Shown here: positions 50,570 through 64,000 of the stretch, in pieces
How positions within the stretch are numbered: the first letter of the stretch is position 1
Layout of the letters: every line of letters begins with the position of its first letter
Assembly: GCA_965112155.1 (NCBI GenBank)
Contig: OZ218107.1
DNA from: Podarcis liolepis
Taxonomy: Eukaryota
Strand: one strand, 5' to 3'
DNA length: 64,000 nt
Notes under the pieces: model-generated
Databases searched by the model: none
The model's input: only the letters and a program-made list of their open reading frames with translations
What the model was told of the DNA's origin: nothing
Position numbers and translations under genes: made by a program

Positions 50570-51145
50570 GGCCACATTCACACCCTACATTTAGAGTGCT
50601 ATTAAACTACTTTAAACAGTCAAGGCTTCCCTGCAAAATATTCTGGGAACTGCAGTTCAGTAAGGGTGCTGAGAGTTGTTAGGAAATCCCTATATTTCCC
50701 TCAAAGAGGGACAATTCCCAGAGTTCCCCGTGAAGAGGGACTAATTGTTCAATAACTCTGAGAGCTGTAGCACTTGGAAGGGAATAGGTGCCTCCTAACA
50801 ACTATAAGCAGTCTTATAATGAACTACAACATAGCGGAAGCCATGACTGTTAAAAAGGTTCGCCTGGCACATTAATTATACAACTTTAGGCACCAAGTGA
50901 AAATGTCCCTCTTCAACCAGGCCTTGGACTGATTAATATTGTACAGCCTTTTAAATGTGTCTGTAGGAAGGGGAGGGATTTTTGTGTGTGTGCTAACTAT
51001 TAATTTGTGGTTTTATCCTGTATTTTCATCTTGTGAACCTTCCTGAGATCTTTGAATGAATTTATTAAGCTTATAAATTTAATATAAAATAATAATAAAT
51101 AGATAAAATAGAAGTGTTTTTAAAATGTATGGAGTGAATGTGGCC
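50570..51145. mobile_element. PIF/Harbinger-like MITE interrupted by an L2 3' fragment (~50858-51110)
   Basis: TIR ggccacattcac.cc.tacattt / aaatgta.gg.gtgaatgtggcc; 3-bp flanks ttt/ttt; related sequence at ~27170-27320. Confidence 0.65.
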
Positions 51146-51627
51146 TTTCCTTTAATTTTTTTTTTAATTAAAGGTTTTCTTGAATTACAAAAGTACATAG
51201 TGTGTCTCTGTTTTCCGTTCATAGAATCTTTTCTCTCACCCTGCTAGGATGACAGACAGATCCTGGCAGTGAAACTTCTGATTTTGGAGTCCACTCACCT
51301 ACCTTATCCTCCCACAGAGTTATTGCATGGAAATTAATCCTACCACCTGCAGAAGGTAGGGAACAGGTGAACAAGCCACCGTAACAAATTGCTCATTCCT
51401 GAATCATGTCTCACTGGCCCAGAGCTGTTAAAGCAACTCGGTTTAGGCCTTGTCAGGATCAGGAGATGGCAGCCACACTTATCAAAACATTCTTGCCATG
51501 ATAATGGTTTTCCTGGCATCCAGGTTCTGTTGGTATTCACTCTGCTTGGCTGCAACTCAAATTCAAAGCACATTTGAGCAGACACTGCTCTGAGACTTGC
51601 AACCCAAAGCAGAGAGAAAGGAGCTTA

Positions 51628-51837
<210 letters not shown>

Positions 51838-52008
51838 CTACATTTCTGGAAGTCCTGGGCCTAGAGAAATCACACCCAGCCAGATGCCTACACGTGTTTG
51901 GCAGGATCAGGGGAACAGCCTACGAAAGATCAAAGATTCACAGAGTCCTCAACCGTGCAGGCAAAGCTAGCATGAAGACAGTCTCCCTTTGTGCAAGTTG
52001 CTTCACAG

Positions 52009-52143
52009 CAGGCATAGGCAAACCTGGCCCTCCAGATGTTTTGGGACTACGACTCCCATCATCCCTGACCACTGGTCCTGTTAGCTAGGGATGGTGGGAG
52101 TTGTAGTCCCAAAACATCTAGAGGGTTGAGTTTGCCTAGGCAG
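52009..52143. mobile_element. hAT-type hairpin MITE, best-preserved copy
   Basis: Long near-perfect inverted arms taggcaaac...gatgttttgggactac / gtagtcccaaaacatc...gtttgccta. Confidence 0.82.
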
Positions 52144-52375
52144 GTTATGACAAATGCATGGAGGGCCCTTACGTGTACTGCGATGTATACACATAAGGCC
52201 GCTTCACATGGCACCAAAGGCATGGCTGAGGAATATGACCAGTGAGTGCAGCAGCAATAAATTGAGCAGACCCACAGGGGTGTTTAAGCATATAACACCA
52301 AAATTCTCTAACAGAGTTTGCACAAGAATGGAGAATACATTGTTATCCTGCGGTGGGTTATTTGGCTGGATATTA

Positions 52376-52510
<135 letters not shown>

Positions 52511-52913
52511 TCAGTTACCTGCATCTGCTCTGAACTCTATTTAACCTTCATTGCTACTCCAGGTAGGCACCACAAAACCTTCCACCCCTTTCGGCCAAGC
52601 TCCCAAATAGCTTTATTACATATTGTCCACCTCACATGAAATTGCACAGGAATTGAAGTAAATCCATGAGTTTCGAGACCGCTGCTAAATTTTCATCAGA
52701 TGTGAGCTGCAGACTCGGTAACACACAGTTGTAGAGGGAAATGGTGGCATCTTTCCCCTATTCAATGCCTGTGTAAAGCTTTTTTACATTTGTGGGGGGC
52801 AGGGAACAGGGTCATGCTACTAACAGAATGGATGCAAGGAATAGATGTTTGGTCACCCTAGACTTGGAGCCCCACATGGCTTTGGTTTTTTGGGGGGTGC
52901 TACCATACTCAAC

Positions 52914-53259
52914 GGACGCGGGTGGTGCTGTGGGTTAAACCACAGAGTCTAGGACTTGCCGATCAGAAGGTCAGCGGTTCGAATCCCTGTGACGGGGTGA
53001 ACTCCCATTGCTCAGTCCTGCTCCTGCCAACCTAGCAGTTCGAAAGCATGCCAGTGCAAGCAGATAAATAGGTACCGCTCCAGCGGGAAGGTAAACGGCG
53101 TTTCCGTGTGCTGCTCTGGTTCGCCAGAAGCGGCTTAGTCATGCTGGCCACATGACCCAGAAGCTGTACACCAGCTCCCTCAGTCAATAAAGCGAGAAGA
53201 GCACCACAACCCCAGAGTTGGTCACGACTGGACCTAATGGTCAGGGGTCCCTTTACATT
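52914..53259 (+). mobile_element. Sauria SINE, near full length
   Basis: 13-bp perfect TSD taccatactcaac (52901-52913 / 53260-53272). Confidence 0.93.
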
Positions 53260-53637
53260 TACCATACTCAACAAATGGCAACCACAGCCTTTCCCCCCAC
53301 TATATTTATATTTATATTTATTGTAAGAGCAATGTGGTGGTGTATAGAATTAGTTTCTGGATGTTTGGCCTGTGTTTGAAACAGGATGATGTATTAAAGG
53401 GGCTTTTGGTATTATCCGACATGCCTCTTCTGATGTTCTTATGCAAAGAGACAACATCCTCTCCCAAAACAATCCCAGCAGGGAGGTGAGGAGGAGTCCA
53501 GCCTACTTCACTGAGCCCTCTCTATGAATCTGCAAACGTTCTGAAGACCTGAGGCATTAATTTGCCAAGCCACCCAAAAGCCACATCACGTTGTTGCAGC
53601 AACTGCCTATCAGCCCGCCAAAAGGCCACAGGCCTCA

Positions 53638-54030
<393 letters not shown>

Positions 54031-56516
54031 TTATGATGTATTAAGAGGCTAAATAACTAGGTGCTATAAAATTATCTTTCCTTCTGCAGTTAAACTCCAC
54101 CGCACTCCTCCTTTAGCCTTTGAAGCCTGCGGACATACGTTGCTTTATCCATAAACTGCAAAGATAAAGGGAGAGCAGTGAAGGTATAAGAGTGTGTGTA
54201 TGCCTTGCGGGCATGCTTTATTTGCCAAAGAGCCTTTTACAACTTTGGCTTTGATCCTCAAATGCTAATTTCGGGAGGACTTGTTTGAGCAAGATGCCAT
54301 AAAGGCCAGGTTGCGTCCGCTCCGCCATCTTTTTCCGAATGAAAGAAGTTTAGGTCTGTATGTTCTGTCCCACCAAACAGCTCTCACCATGGACAACTGG
54401 TACCCCCCCCCCCCCGGGCACATCCTACATGAAGATGCACCCAACCACTTCAGTGGGGTTCAGATGAGCATCACAATGTGGATAGGAAGGCATAAGAATA
54501 ATCGTCTATACCCCTAGACAAAGAAGCTGAGGTCAAGTGCATCCTTTGGGTGCAGCGGGTCCCAGGAATAAATCCCTGGAGTCCCTGGTTTTAAAAAGAA
54601 GCACACTGAGACTCTGGAGTGCTGTGCTGCTGCCTGTCAAAATGGACAGTACTGTGCTGGACCGATAATCCAACCTGGTACAAAGAACCTTCCTAAGTAC
54701 CTATTAGGTATATGAGTAGAAATCTGTTTCCATGGAAGGCTCTTTTTTGCCAGATTGGAGCATATTTGCTGAATTTGTGGCATGGCCATTAAAACTCTTC
54801 TGTCTGCTTGCCTCATAATGGTTTTAAAACATGAACCTATTTTATACTGTGAATGTGTTCTATTTTCTTTTGACTGTTATTTGATTGGTTCTAATATTTT
54901 TAGAGCTGGTGCCAATTATCATAATACGTACTGTCTACTGGTTTAAGCTGCCGTTTTTATTTATTATATTATTATTATTTCATTATTGCCAAACGAACAA
55001 ACAAACAAATTTCTTGAACAGAAGCAAGGAGGCGAACTGAGGCTTTGCACCAACCATCTTCCAAATGTCGCCTCTAGAGAAAGTCTCAAAGACTGCGGCA
55101 GTGAAACTGAGGAACTGGGAAAGGCAGCTTCAAATTTTGAAAAACTAGATTTTGGCTGCATAGACTTTTGTGCTGATTATAGTCGCAGGTATCTGGCATT
55201 CAGTGGGATGGTTGAGCAAAAGGTAGGGTTGCCACCATTTTTTCTGGCCTCGCTCCTGTTTCTTTAAGCAGCAGCCCGATAAACAGAAAATGAAGCAGGC
55301 AAAATGTTCTGCAGCATAGAGAGAAGCGATGGGCAAGGCTTTATCTGCTTAATTGCCTTTGTGTCATACCACTGCTAAAGGCACTGGAACAAAACAGGCG
55401 ATAATGCCAGTAACAGGCTCACCAACTTTTTTTTTCTGAGAAGCTCAACAGCTGCTTGACAATAAGCAAAGTTTTTGCAGGCAACGTTTTCCCCATCACT
55501 GTGCTACCTTCAGTGTTAAACCGAACGGTGGGCTCCTAGAAAACAGCCTAGCCCAAGGATCTCCCTGCCCTTTGACTTAGGCCTCTGCTGCTGCCCCTCC
55601 TACGGCGATGATGAAAGAGGAGTGTTAACGTGAATGAGCGCTCACTTGCTTCTCAATCCTTAGAATGGGAAACTTACAGCCCTTCTGAGGTTCTTGGACT
55701 ACAATTCCCATCATCCCTGACCATATAGGCTGGGGCTGATGGAAGATGGAGTCTAGCCATGCCTGGAGGGCCACAGGTTCTCCACCTCTGCCTCAGAACA
55801 TGTCCTCAGTGGCAACAAGAGGCAACTGATACTGCAATGTACATAACAAATAAACCTGCATTGATACTTGCTGTTACAGTGGAGTAAGGATGCCTGTTTT
55901 GTTCACTGTTTGACCAGACACCCATCTTACAGAGCTTCCTAGCCACCTGGAAGTTAGACTCTTGCTTGACAGATCACCTAGGCGGTCAGCCCTTAAAGGC
56001 ACAGTACTACCAAAACACTACAGACGAACAATTAAAAAGTGGTCTCAGGAGTTAAAAGTACAGGTAAGGTCATTTCAAGATAGTAAGGAAGAGCGAAGAG
56101 GAAGGAGGGAAATAAAGACACATGAAGATAGAAAAAGGACTAGAGTCATACACAATCTTTGTCTTTATGGGCACTCCTGGTTCAAAACCGAGCTGGCTTT
56201 CCACTCTTAACTCCCAAAAGAGGTCTCACCACAGAGTTAAAAAGGTACAGAGTGGCACTACTTGTTAAATTGAGGCCACCTTGGTGTTGCAGTGGGAGAT
56301 AAGAGAACATAGTCTGAAGTTACATGAAACCCCCACCTTGATGAAGGCAAACTGGGCTGGGGCTGGTCAGTGACTGGGTGACCAGTAGGAAACCATATCT
56401 GGGCTGCCTTGGGTCCCATGATGGTGGAAAAGTGAGATATAAATACCATAAAATACTGTAAACAGATCAAGCAATCCACCCACCTTGTTCAACACACTCT
56501 GGCCAATGAATAATCA

Positions 56517-56822
<306 letters not shown>

Positions 56823-58668
56823 CTATTGCAAAACAGAGCTGTTTCATTATGAGATGGACAGGGGTGAGGGACCTGTACCCTTCCAGACGTCGCTGGACTA
56901 CAACTCCCATGATCCCTGACCGTTGGCCATGCTGGTTGGGTCTGATGGGAGTTAAAGTCCAACCACATCGGACATCAAATAGACCGTTTGTGTTCTACAG
57001 GCATCCTGCAATAGAAAAATAAGGCTTATATTGCAATCCTACTAGTTACGCTTACTCAGAAGTAATCCCAACAGGACTGACTGACAAGTGCATGCAAAAT
57101 TACAGCCTTAAAGCATTTATTGTGCAGATGACTATGGGTGTAATTAAAAGAAAAAAAGGACTAAGAGTTCTCAAAAGGCCACCCTCCTCCCAAAAAAGTT
57201 TATTAGAATTGTTAATGCCTAGCAAGTTTTGTTGTAACACTACACAAAAAAAGATACAACTGAGACTTCTTCATTGGCGAAAAGGCACAGAGAACCTGTC
57301 CATAAAAAGGTGTTAACTTCTGTTGCTAGAAACAGGACTATTCTTATTATCTATTTCATTTCTATGCCGCTTTATACTTTTAAGGTAAAAAATCTCAATG
57401 TGGTTTACAACCTACATTAAAACATCCAATAATACAACAATCCTGAATAAAACATTACTGGAAAAAAGTTAAATATAAAGTATACATTCAAAGCAACATA
57501 ATTAACGGGAAATAAAAATAGTATCTTAAAGGTTTCAAAAGGAAACATTACAAAGGAGGTCAAGTACAGAATGCACATTTAATGCAGCAAAGTTCTAAAA
57601 AAACACACCTTAAAACATTTCAAAAGAAAACATTCCTAAAGGAAGTAAAAAATAAAATGTACATTTGAAGCAGCATAATAAGCAAGAGCCGAAGGAACAA
57701 CCCCTTTTAGAAACTGATAAATTACTGCACTTTTTGCCTTTGTCTGGCCTTTAAGATTTTCTCATAGAGGTTTTTTTTTTAAAGTTTTGTTTTAGGGGCT
57801 GATATACAACTATTTATAATATTTGCTTCTGATTTGTATTATTGGAGATTAAATGGTTTTTTTCTCTCTCTCTGCTGCCTTTATTATTATTATTTTGGGC
57901 GGGAGGCTATTCTTCCTTTCCACTATATATGCAGCACTCAGGTTCGTTATTGTAAGCTGCTTTGAATACATTTTGGAAAAGCAGTGTAACCTTAGATTAA
58001 TGACTACAGGCCAGTTCAGATATTTTCTTCCGTTGTAAGAGCAGTCCCATTTTGTTTAACAGTGTATAGTGAGATCTCCCAGATCTGAGCTGCAGCAGGA
58101 TCCACAATCTGTAAATACTGGGGAGAGGTATGCATTTGCTCAATTTTCACCGCAGTATCCATAGTTAAATTCATTCTCTTTCGAACCCAGGAAGTCAGAT
58201 TTCTTAAAACACACACACACAACCCTGCAATCGGTAAGTTGACAAGAAGCTAGACCTTAGGAAAATCCCATGGGGGGAAAAGGTCAGCTCAGCCAGTCTC
58301 CAAGCCCATTCAAGCCTTTGACGGACAGCCAAGTGTTTCTATCTCCCCCCCAACCCCATCCTGTCTAGAGTCCTTTTTACATTTCTTTGCGATGAATATT
58401 TAACGCATTTTCACCAAAAAGGGAAAGTCTTGTTTGAAATTATTGAGACCCAGGTTCACACACATGGCAGCTTAACTGCTCCTCAGATTGTAACCATGTG
58501 CCTGCAAAAGATTTCAGAGATTCTGTATCTTCAATATTTGTGCAACAGACTGCATTTTGGCCGAAGCATGCAGGAGTGAGGAAAGCTGCACCTACCAAAA
58601 TTATATTGCTAATATGTAAGCCCTGTCCTCCTTTATATCTGGTTGCTCTTAGCAAAAGCAATATGAAT

Positions 58669-58820
58669 GCTTGGGATAGCTCAGTTGGTGGAGCATAAGA
58701 CCCTTAATCTCAGGGTTGTGAGTTTGAGCCCTATGTTGGGTAAAAGATTCCTGCATTGCAGAAGTCGGACTGGATGAGCCTCAGCGGTCCCTTCCAACGT
58801 TACAATTCTATGATTTCATG
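58669..58820 (+). mobile_element. tRNA-Lys(CTT)-derived SINE with CR1 LINE 3' tail
   Basis: 58669-58740 is a degenerate tRNA-Lys (tagctcagttggt...agacCCTTAATCTcagggttgtgagtttgagccc); 58746-58820 matches the CR1 ends at 4440 and 42712. Confidence 0.85.
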
Positions 58821-59440
58821 ACCTGCCACAGAGGCAGCTACTGAGCCTAGGAACTATGGCTGTACTCAGGTGATCCTCCAAATTACTCTTTGAAAGATCT
58901 TGAAAAAAACACTGCTCATATTCTCCTCTCCTCCTCCTCTTTGGCACAGGGCTTAATTCATTGCATTCAGTTTTAATCAAACCACAGTTTGCTATCATCA
59001 TGCCCCCAACAGGAAACTGTGGTTTGTCTGATTTTTCCGTACCAGGATTGCAAACCGCAATTTGATCTCGGTTTGCAATCTTGGTCTGGAGCGATCACTT
59101 GAACCACAGTTTGTTGGTTTGGTTGTACAGCAAACTATGGTTTGAATTAAACAGGATGCAATGAATTCATCCCTAGGCATGAGAGGAGAAGGGAAGGAGA
59201 AATGTGCAAACAAATCCAAGTTTGGAGGATTTGCTGAAAGCAGTTCAAGCGATATTCTTTTTAGGCACTAGTTAAGAGGAATAAAAGAGAGCAGCTTTCC
59301 CTCACACCCTTGTAGGGAAACTTCATCATAGAAAGGGTTGCTGTCTGCAGCCATGGGGCTGAGGGTGAAAGCAAAAGCACAAGAGCAATTGGGTATATAC
59401 AGGGCGAGTCTTTTAAAAGAGGCCCCGTGGAACATGTGTA

Positions 59441-59682
59441 CAGTGGTACCTCAGGTTACATATGCTTCAGGTTACAGACGCTTCAGGTTACAGACTCCGC
59501 TAACCCAGAAATAGTACCTCAGGTTAAGAACTTTGCTTCAGGATGAGAACAGAAATCGTGCTCCGGCAGCACGGCAGCAGTGGGAGGCCCCATTAGCTAA
59601 AGTGGTACCTCAGGTTAAGAACAGTTTCAGGTTAAGAATGGACCTCCGGAACGAATTAAGTACTTAACCCGAGGTACCACTG
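59441..59682. mobile_element. Tc1/pogo-type MITE, family B
   Basis: Perfect 12-bp TIR cagtggtacctc with TA flanks; near-identical to the 29092 and 60713 copies. Confidence 0.9.
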
Positions 59683-60712
59683 TATATGATCCATAGGGCT
59701 CCCTCCAGATGGGTTAATAAGGGCTTGGGTTGAGTTCCTCTTCTCTCTCCTCACCGTCACCAAAAAAATCTGGGGCTGGACCTGCCTAAAGGCACCATTA
59801 CTCTAGATCTTATACTGTATGTTTCCACCTGGAAGAACAGTTTTTCAGCTTTCCACTTTGGGTGGTTTGATGTATATACACAACCCCAACGGATAGGAGC
59901 GAGACCCTCTGTGAACTGCCTGGAAAACACATCCTTCTGATGTAAAATAATCAATACGAACATCCTGTAACTATCCACTTGATCACTGTTTGTATCTCAG
60001 AAGGGAATAGAGCAGCTTTCATGAACACAGCACAGCGTTCTCTTCAAAAGGATTCGCTCGCAATTTTTCCCAGCCCCTTTTCTGTGTGTGTGTGTGAAAT
60101 TGCAGCTTGACGCGCTTCTCAGCGCAAAGGAGGAGACTTTCCCCCACCCACTTACTGCTGAGTTATCAAGCTCATCTGACAGCTTATTTGACCGCACATG
60201 CTCAAGCGGTCTAAGCTAGTAACCAAGTCTCTGCAACCAGCCTCTGGGAACACAGCCTGAGAGAAACTTGTTCTCCCGTCATATCAATGCAATTATGCAA
60301 AGCAAATTCCACAGTCTGGTATTCTACTGCATTTGGGAAAATGCACAGGCTCCCTATAAGCCTGGTCCTCTGGGTTGGAGCACTCCAAATCTGCACCATT
60401 TTTTAATGTTAGGATCAGTGTATTAGGCTTACACCAAGGGAAATGAGGCTTTGCTGCGATACCTATCTATGCTGTGCATGCCTTCTTCCACCCTATTCTA
60501 AACTTCTTGTCCTGAAAGGTGGGAGATTTTGTGCATTGTCAATTCCTCCTTCACTTTCTCCCCTACACACACACACACACACACTGCAGCAGGCAAGAAA
60601 TTTAGATCAGAATGTGTGAAAGCCAAGCTGTACAATCAGCAAACTTGTATGATCATCCTTGATGTGCTAGTTTTATACATGCAGGGAAGCCGTTCCCAGC
60701 ATGTATAAAATA

Positions 60713-60921
60713 CAGTGGTACCTCAGGTTACATACGCTTCAGGTTACAGACTCCGCTAACCCAGAAATAGTGCTTCAGGTTAAGAACTTTGCTTCAGGAT
60801 AAGAACAGAAATCGTGCTCCAGCAGCGCGGTGGCAGCAGGAGGCCCCATTAGCTAAAGTGGTGCTTCAGGTTAAGAACAGACCTCCAGAACGAATTAAGT
60901 ACTTAACCCGAGGTACCACTG
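60713..60921. mobile_element. Tc1/pogo-type MITE, family B
   Basis: Same TIRs and TA flanks. Confidence 0.9.
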
Positions 60922-61831
60922 TATAGGGAACCATTCAAACATTTGATCCACCAACTGAGGGCTGAAGTTCTGCAGTCTGCCAACAGATACATCTTATGTC
61001 TCTGCTGATCATGCAACTCAGATCAAGCACGCAGATAGCGGGGATGCAAAAAGCTTTATTGCCAGAAGAAGGCTATTAGAAAAGAACAGCTGATTATTTC
61101 TGGAACTCTCCTGTAATGTTGACCATTACTTACCACATTCCATGGCAATAAGTTCCAAACAGCAGTGTTGTGATGTTTCCTTTTGTTCATTATTGCCTCG
61201 CTGTATGCTGATTGCATTGCATGCTTTGTTCAGATCAAGTTATTATGTAAAACACTAAGGATGTTTCCACTCTTGACACTAAAAGTGCTTTTTTGTATTT
61301 TGCAGATCTGTAATGTGAATATTAAAACCTACACAGCTAGAATGTAGAATCAGTTTCAAGTGGTCCTCTTCCTCTTTATATCCCACGTTAGCAACATGCA
61401 TATAAATAGCAGAGGAGAGGGTCAAAGGTGCTTTTAGTGTCATCTGTGAAAATGCCCTGCACAATATATGTGTAACATTTATGTATTTAAAAATGTTAAA
61501 GATATTACATACTTGCCCCCCACCAAAGTATGCTGACAGTTTAAAATGTCTTGTTTATCCATTTGCAAGTTAGTCTGCTTTCTTAGCACTTCCTAGCAGT
61601 GCAGGTCAGCTCTGCAATTTGCAGCAACCAGGAATGAGAAAGCAGGCTTTTGTTTTCTTACCAAGGGACAAAATTATACCAAATTTTGGGTAGTGCAGGG
61701 ACAGAGAGTACTGCTGAAGAGTAAAGTTTTCTGAGAGCACAAAAGAGTAAAAAGTTTGAACACCATGTTTTGCACTGGAATTTTATTTAAACAGCTTCAT
61801 CTAGGCCTGCAATAAATACACAGAATAGATA

Positions 61832-62077
61832 CAGTCATACCTCGGGTTGAAGTAGCTTCAAGTTAAATATTTTCGGGTTGCGCTCCGCGGCGACCCAGAA
61901 GTAACGGAGTGCGTTACTTCCGAGTTTCGCTGCTCATGCATGCGCAGACACTCAAAATGACGTCACGCGCATGCGCGGAAGCAGCAAAATGCGACCCACG
62001 CAGACGCGTGTTATGTTTACTTCAGGATGCGAACGGGGCTCCGGAACAGATCCCGTTCGTATCCAGAGGTACCACTG
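61832..62077. mobile_element. Tc1/pogo-type MITE, family C (CpG-rich)
   Basis: TA|cagtcatacctc ... gaggtaccactg|TA; different interior. Confidence 0.85.
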
Positions 62078-62253
62078 TACCTGCATATTCATTTTGGTCA
62101 AGTGCTCTGACAACTATGTTCTGAAACTAGCTTTTACCCCCTTAAGTGTCATCTCATCGTCTCAATGTATTCTTTTTTATTTATGGGACACAAAGAATGG
62201 CATGAGTAAAATGGGAGAGGGGGAGAAAGCTAAAGCTATCTTCAGATGCCTTA

Positions 62254-62569
62254 AAAGGTAAAGGGACCCCTGACCATTAGGTCCAGTCGTGGGGTTGCAG
62301 CGCTCATCTCGCTTTATTGGCGTACAGCTTCCAGGTCATGTGGCCAGCATGACTAAGCCACTTCTGGCGAACCAGAGCAGCACACGGAAACGCCGTTTAC
62401 CTTCCCTCTGGAGCGGTACCTATTTATCTACTTGCACTTTGACGTGCTTTCGAACTGCTAGGTTGGCAGGAGCAGGGACTGAGCAACGGGAGCTCACCCC
62501 ATCGCGCGGATTCAAACTGCTGACCTTCTGATCGACAAGCCCTAGGCTCTGTGGTTTAACCCACAGCGC
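62254..62569 (-). mobile_element. Sauria SINE (slightly 5'-truncated, small internal deletions)
   Basis: High similarity to the 27322 and 52914 copies. Confidence 0.9.
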
Positions 62570-63311
62570 AGTTATAACCTACGGGCAGCTAAAATCAGCT
62601 GCCCACTTCCTCAGTTCCCACCCCTTCTACCCTGTATTCAAATCTAATTCCTGCACCAAGCAATCGGGGAAGATTTGGAAAGTGCCTGTCACGCTGTTGG
62701 GGTTTGGCCCCCCGCTCCTTCCATCCCTGTCTTCCCCTTGGAACTGAATAACAGCAGGACTTGCATCTTTGCAACAGCTGTTTCGTTTTGGTTTGGGACC
62801 TGCCATCATCAACCTCTCAAGCTGCGAAACCAGCACACCGGGGCCCTGAGCTCTCCTCCTTGATCTGCTCACAATTCCCTGGCGGAAGAAGCCTCGCCTC
62901 GCCATTGGTCAGCCCTCTCCATGTGATTCTCTGCCAACGTTCCACCTGCCTCCAGCAGAATATTTACTTTAGTGACCCTGTTCTGTGGCAGGGTAATTTC
63001 ATTGTCTGGTGTTTCTGTCAGAGAAATTAATTACTGCTCCTACTCACCAGCTCCCTTGCCCGCACGTCACAGAAACATTAAAAGCAACTGCCAGGGACTT
63101 TCAGCTTCCACAGCTTGGGCTGTTTGGGAGCTAAATCCTCTCTGAATGCCAAACCTGCCTCAGAATACCATATAACACCTGCAGGAACCTAGCCAGCACA
63201 GGAAGGGATTTTATTGCCTGTTCCTAGCTGGACAAGCATACACATATTGAAAAATGGGGAGGGGAGGAATAAAGCTGCACACAACCCCCCACTATCTTGG
63301 CCATTCACTTA

Positions 63312-63856
63312 GAGAACACTTGGTTCTCAAACCTAATCCGTTCCAGAAGGCCATTCCAAAATCAAAGTGTTCCAAAACCAAGGTGCACTGTCCCATTGAA
63401 AGTAATGCAAAACGGATTAATCCATTCCGGACTTTTAAAAACAACCCCTAAAACAGCAATTGAACATGAATTTTACTATCTAACGAGACCACTGATCCAT
63501 AAAATGAAAGCAATAAACCATGTACTGCAGTCACACAATCAATCAATCAGTAGCTGAACTGGGTTCCACACAGTCACAAAACAAAACAAAAAAGCCGCAA
63601 AAACAAAAATGCAAAATAAATAGCAAAAACAGACAGACCTCAGCGTAACGCTCAAAATGGAAGTGTGGCACTCAGATCGTCAGCGTTAACACTCAAATTG
63701 TCAGCATAACACTCAAATCGGAAGCGTAACACTCAAAATGGAGCACGTTCAGCTTTCGAAAAAAGTTCGCAAACGGGAACAATTGCTTCTGGGTTTGCAG
63801 TGTTTGGGTTCCAAGTTGTCTGAGGACCAAGGCGTTTGAGAACCAAGGTACCACTG
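63312..63856. mobile_element. Longer pogo/Tigger-like non-autonomous element with internal ~21-bp tandem repeats
   Basis: Right TIR tttgagaaccaaggtaccactg|TA; left TIR cttggttctcaaac with damaged terminus. Confidence 0.75.
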
Positions 63857-64000
63857 TATTACAAATAGATATCAAGCATCCAGGGCCTCTTCACAAGTGC
63901 AATAAATGCCCGACACAGAAAAGCATTTCTATGTAAGGAATGGCGCACAACCTAAGTGCAGATCACCTGCAGTAAAAGACCAAACTGAAGGGGGACGTAG

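Noticed and set aside
58669-58741. Functional tRNA-Lys gene
   Set aside because: Mutated T-loop (GTTTGA) and stems, and fused to a CR1 tail; it is a SINE head
63640-63745. CRISPR-like array
   Set aside because: No unique spacers, eukaryotic context, lies inside a DNA transposon

Overview
Vertebrate genomic DNA, very likely from a lacertid lizard (inferred from five Sauria SINEs, Squam3-like SINEs, a tRNA-Lys/CR1-tail SINE and reptile-type CR1/L2/L1 fragments). The window holds the 3' part of HIPK2 (homeodomain-interacting protein kinase 2) on the minus strand. There are 13 coding exons (equivalent to human exons 3-15, from 56790 down to the TAA at 18435), all with GT-AG boundaries, and they join in one open frame (2503 nt). 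The 5' exons lie beyond the right edge. An inferred ~12 kb 3' UTR runs to a candidate ATTAAA at 6360-6365 and contains a 177-N gap. Introns and flanks are dense in SINEs, LINE fragments and Tc1/pogo, hAT and Harbinger-like MITEs. Main findings: (1) a young Penelope-like insertion in intron 12 with an intact minimal type I hammerhead ribozyme on the HIPK2 sense strand, partly locked in a 58-bp hairpin; (2) a last coding exon with no stop codon in any minus-strand frame, plus two RBFOX motifs at the exon-14 acceptor, so exon-14 skipping would give a different 181-codon C-terminus; (3) a mini element that looks like an L1 5' end with duplicated YY1 sites fused to an L1-like tail. TE family names and human comparisons come from recalled patterns, not database searches.
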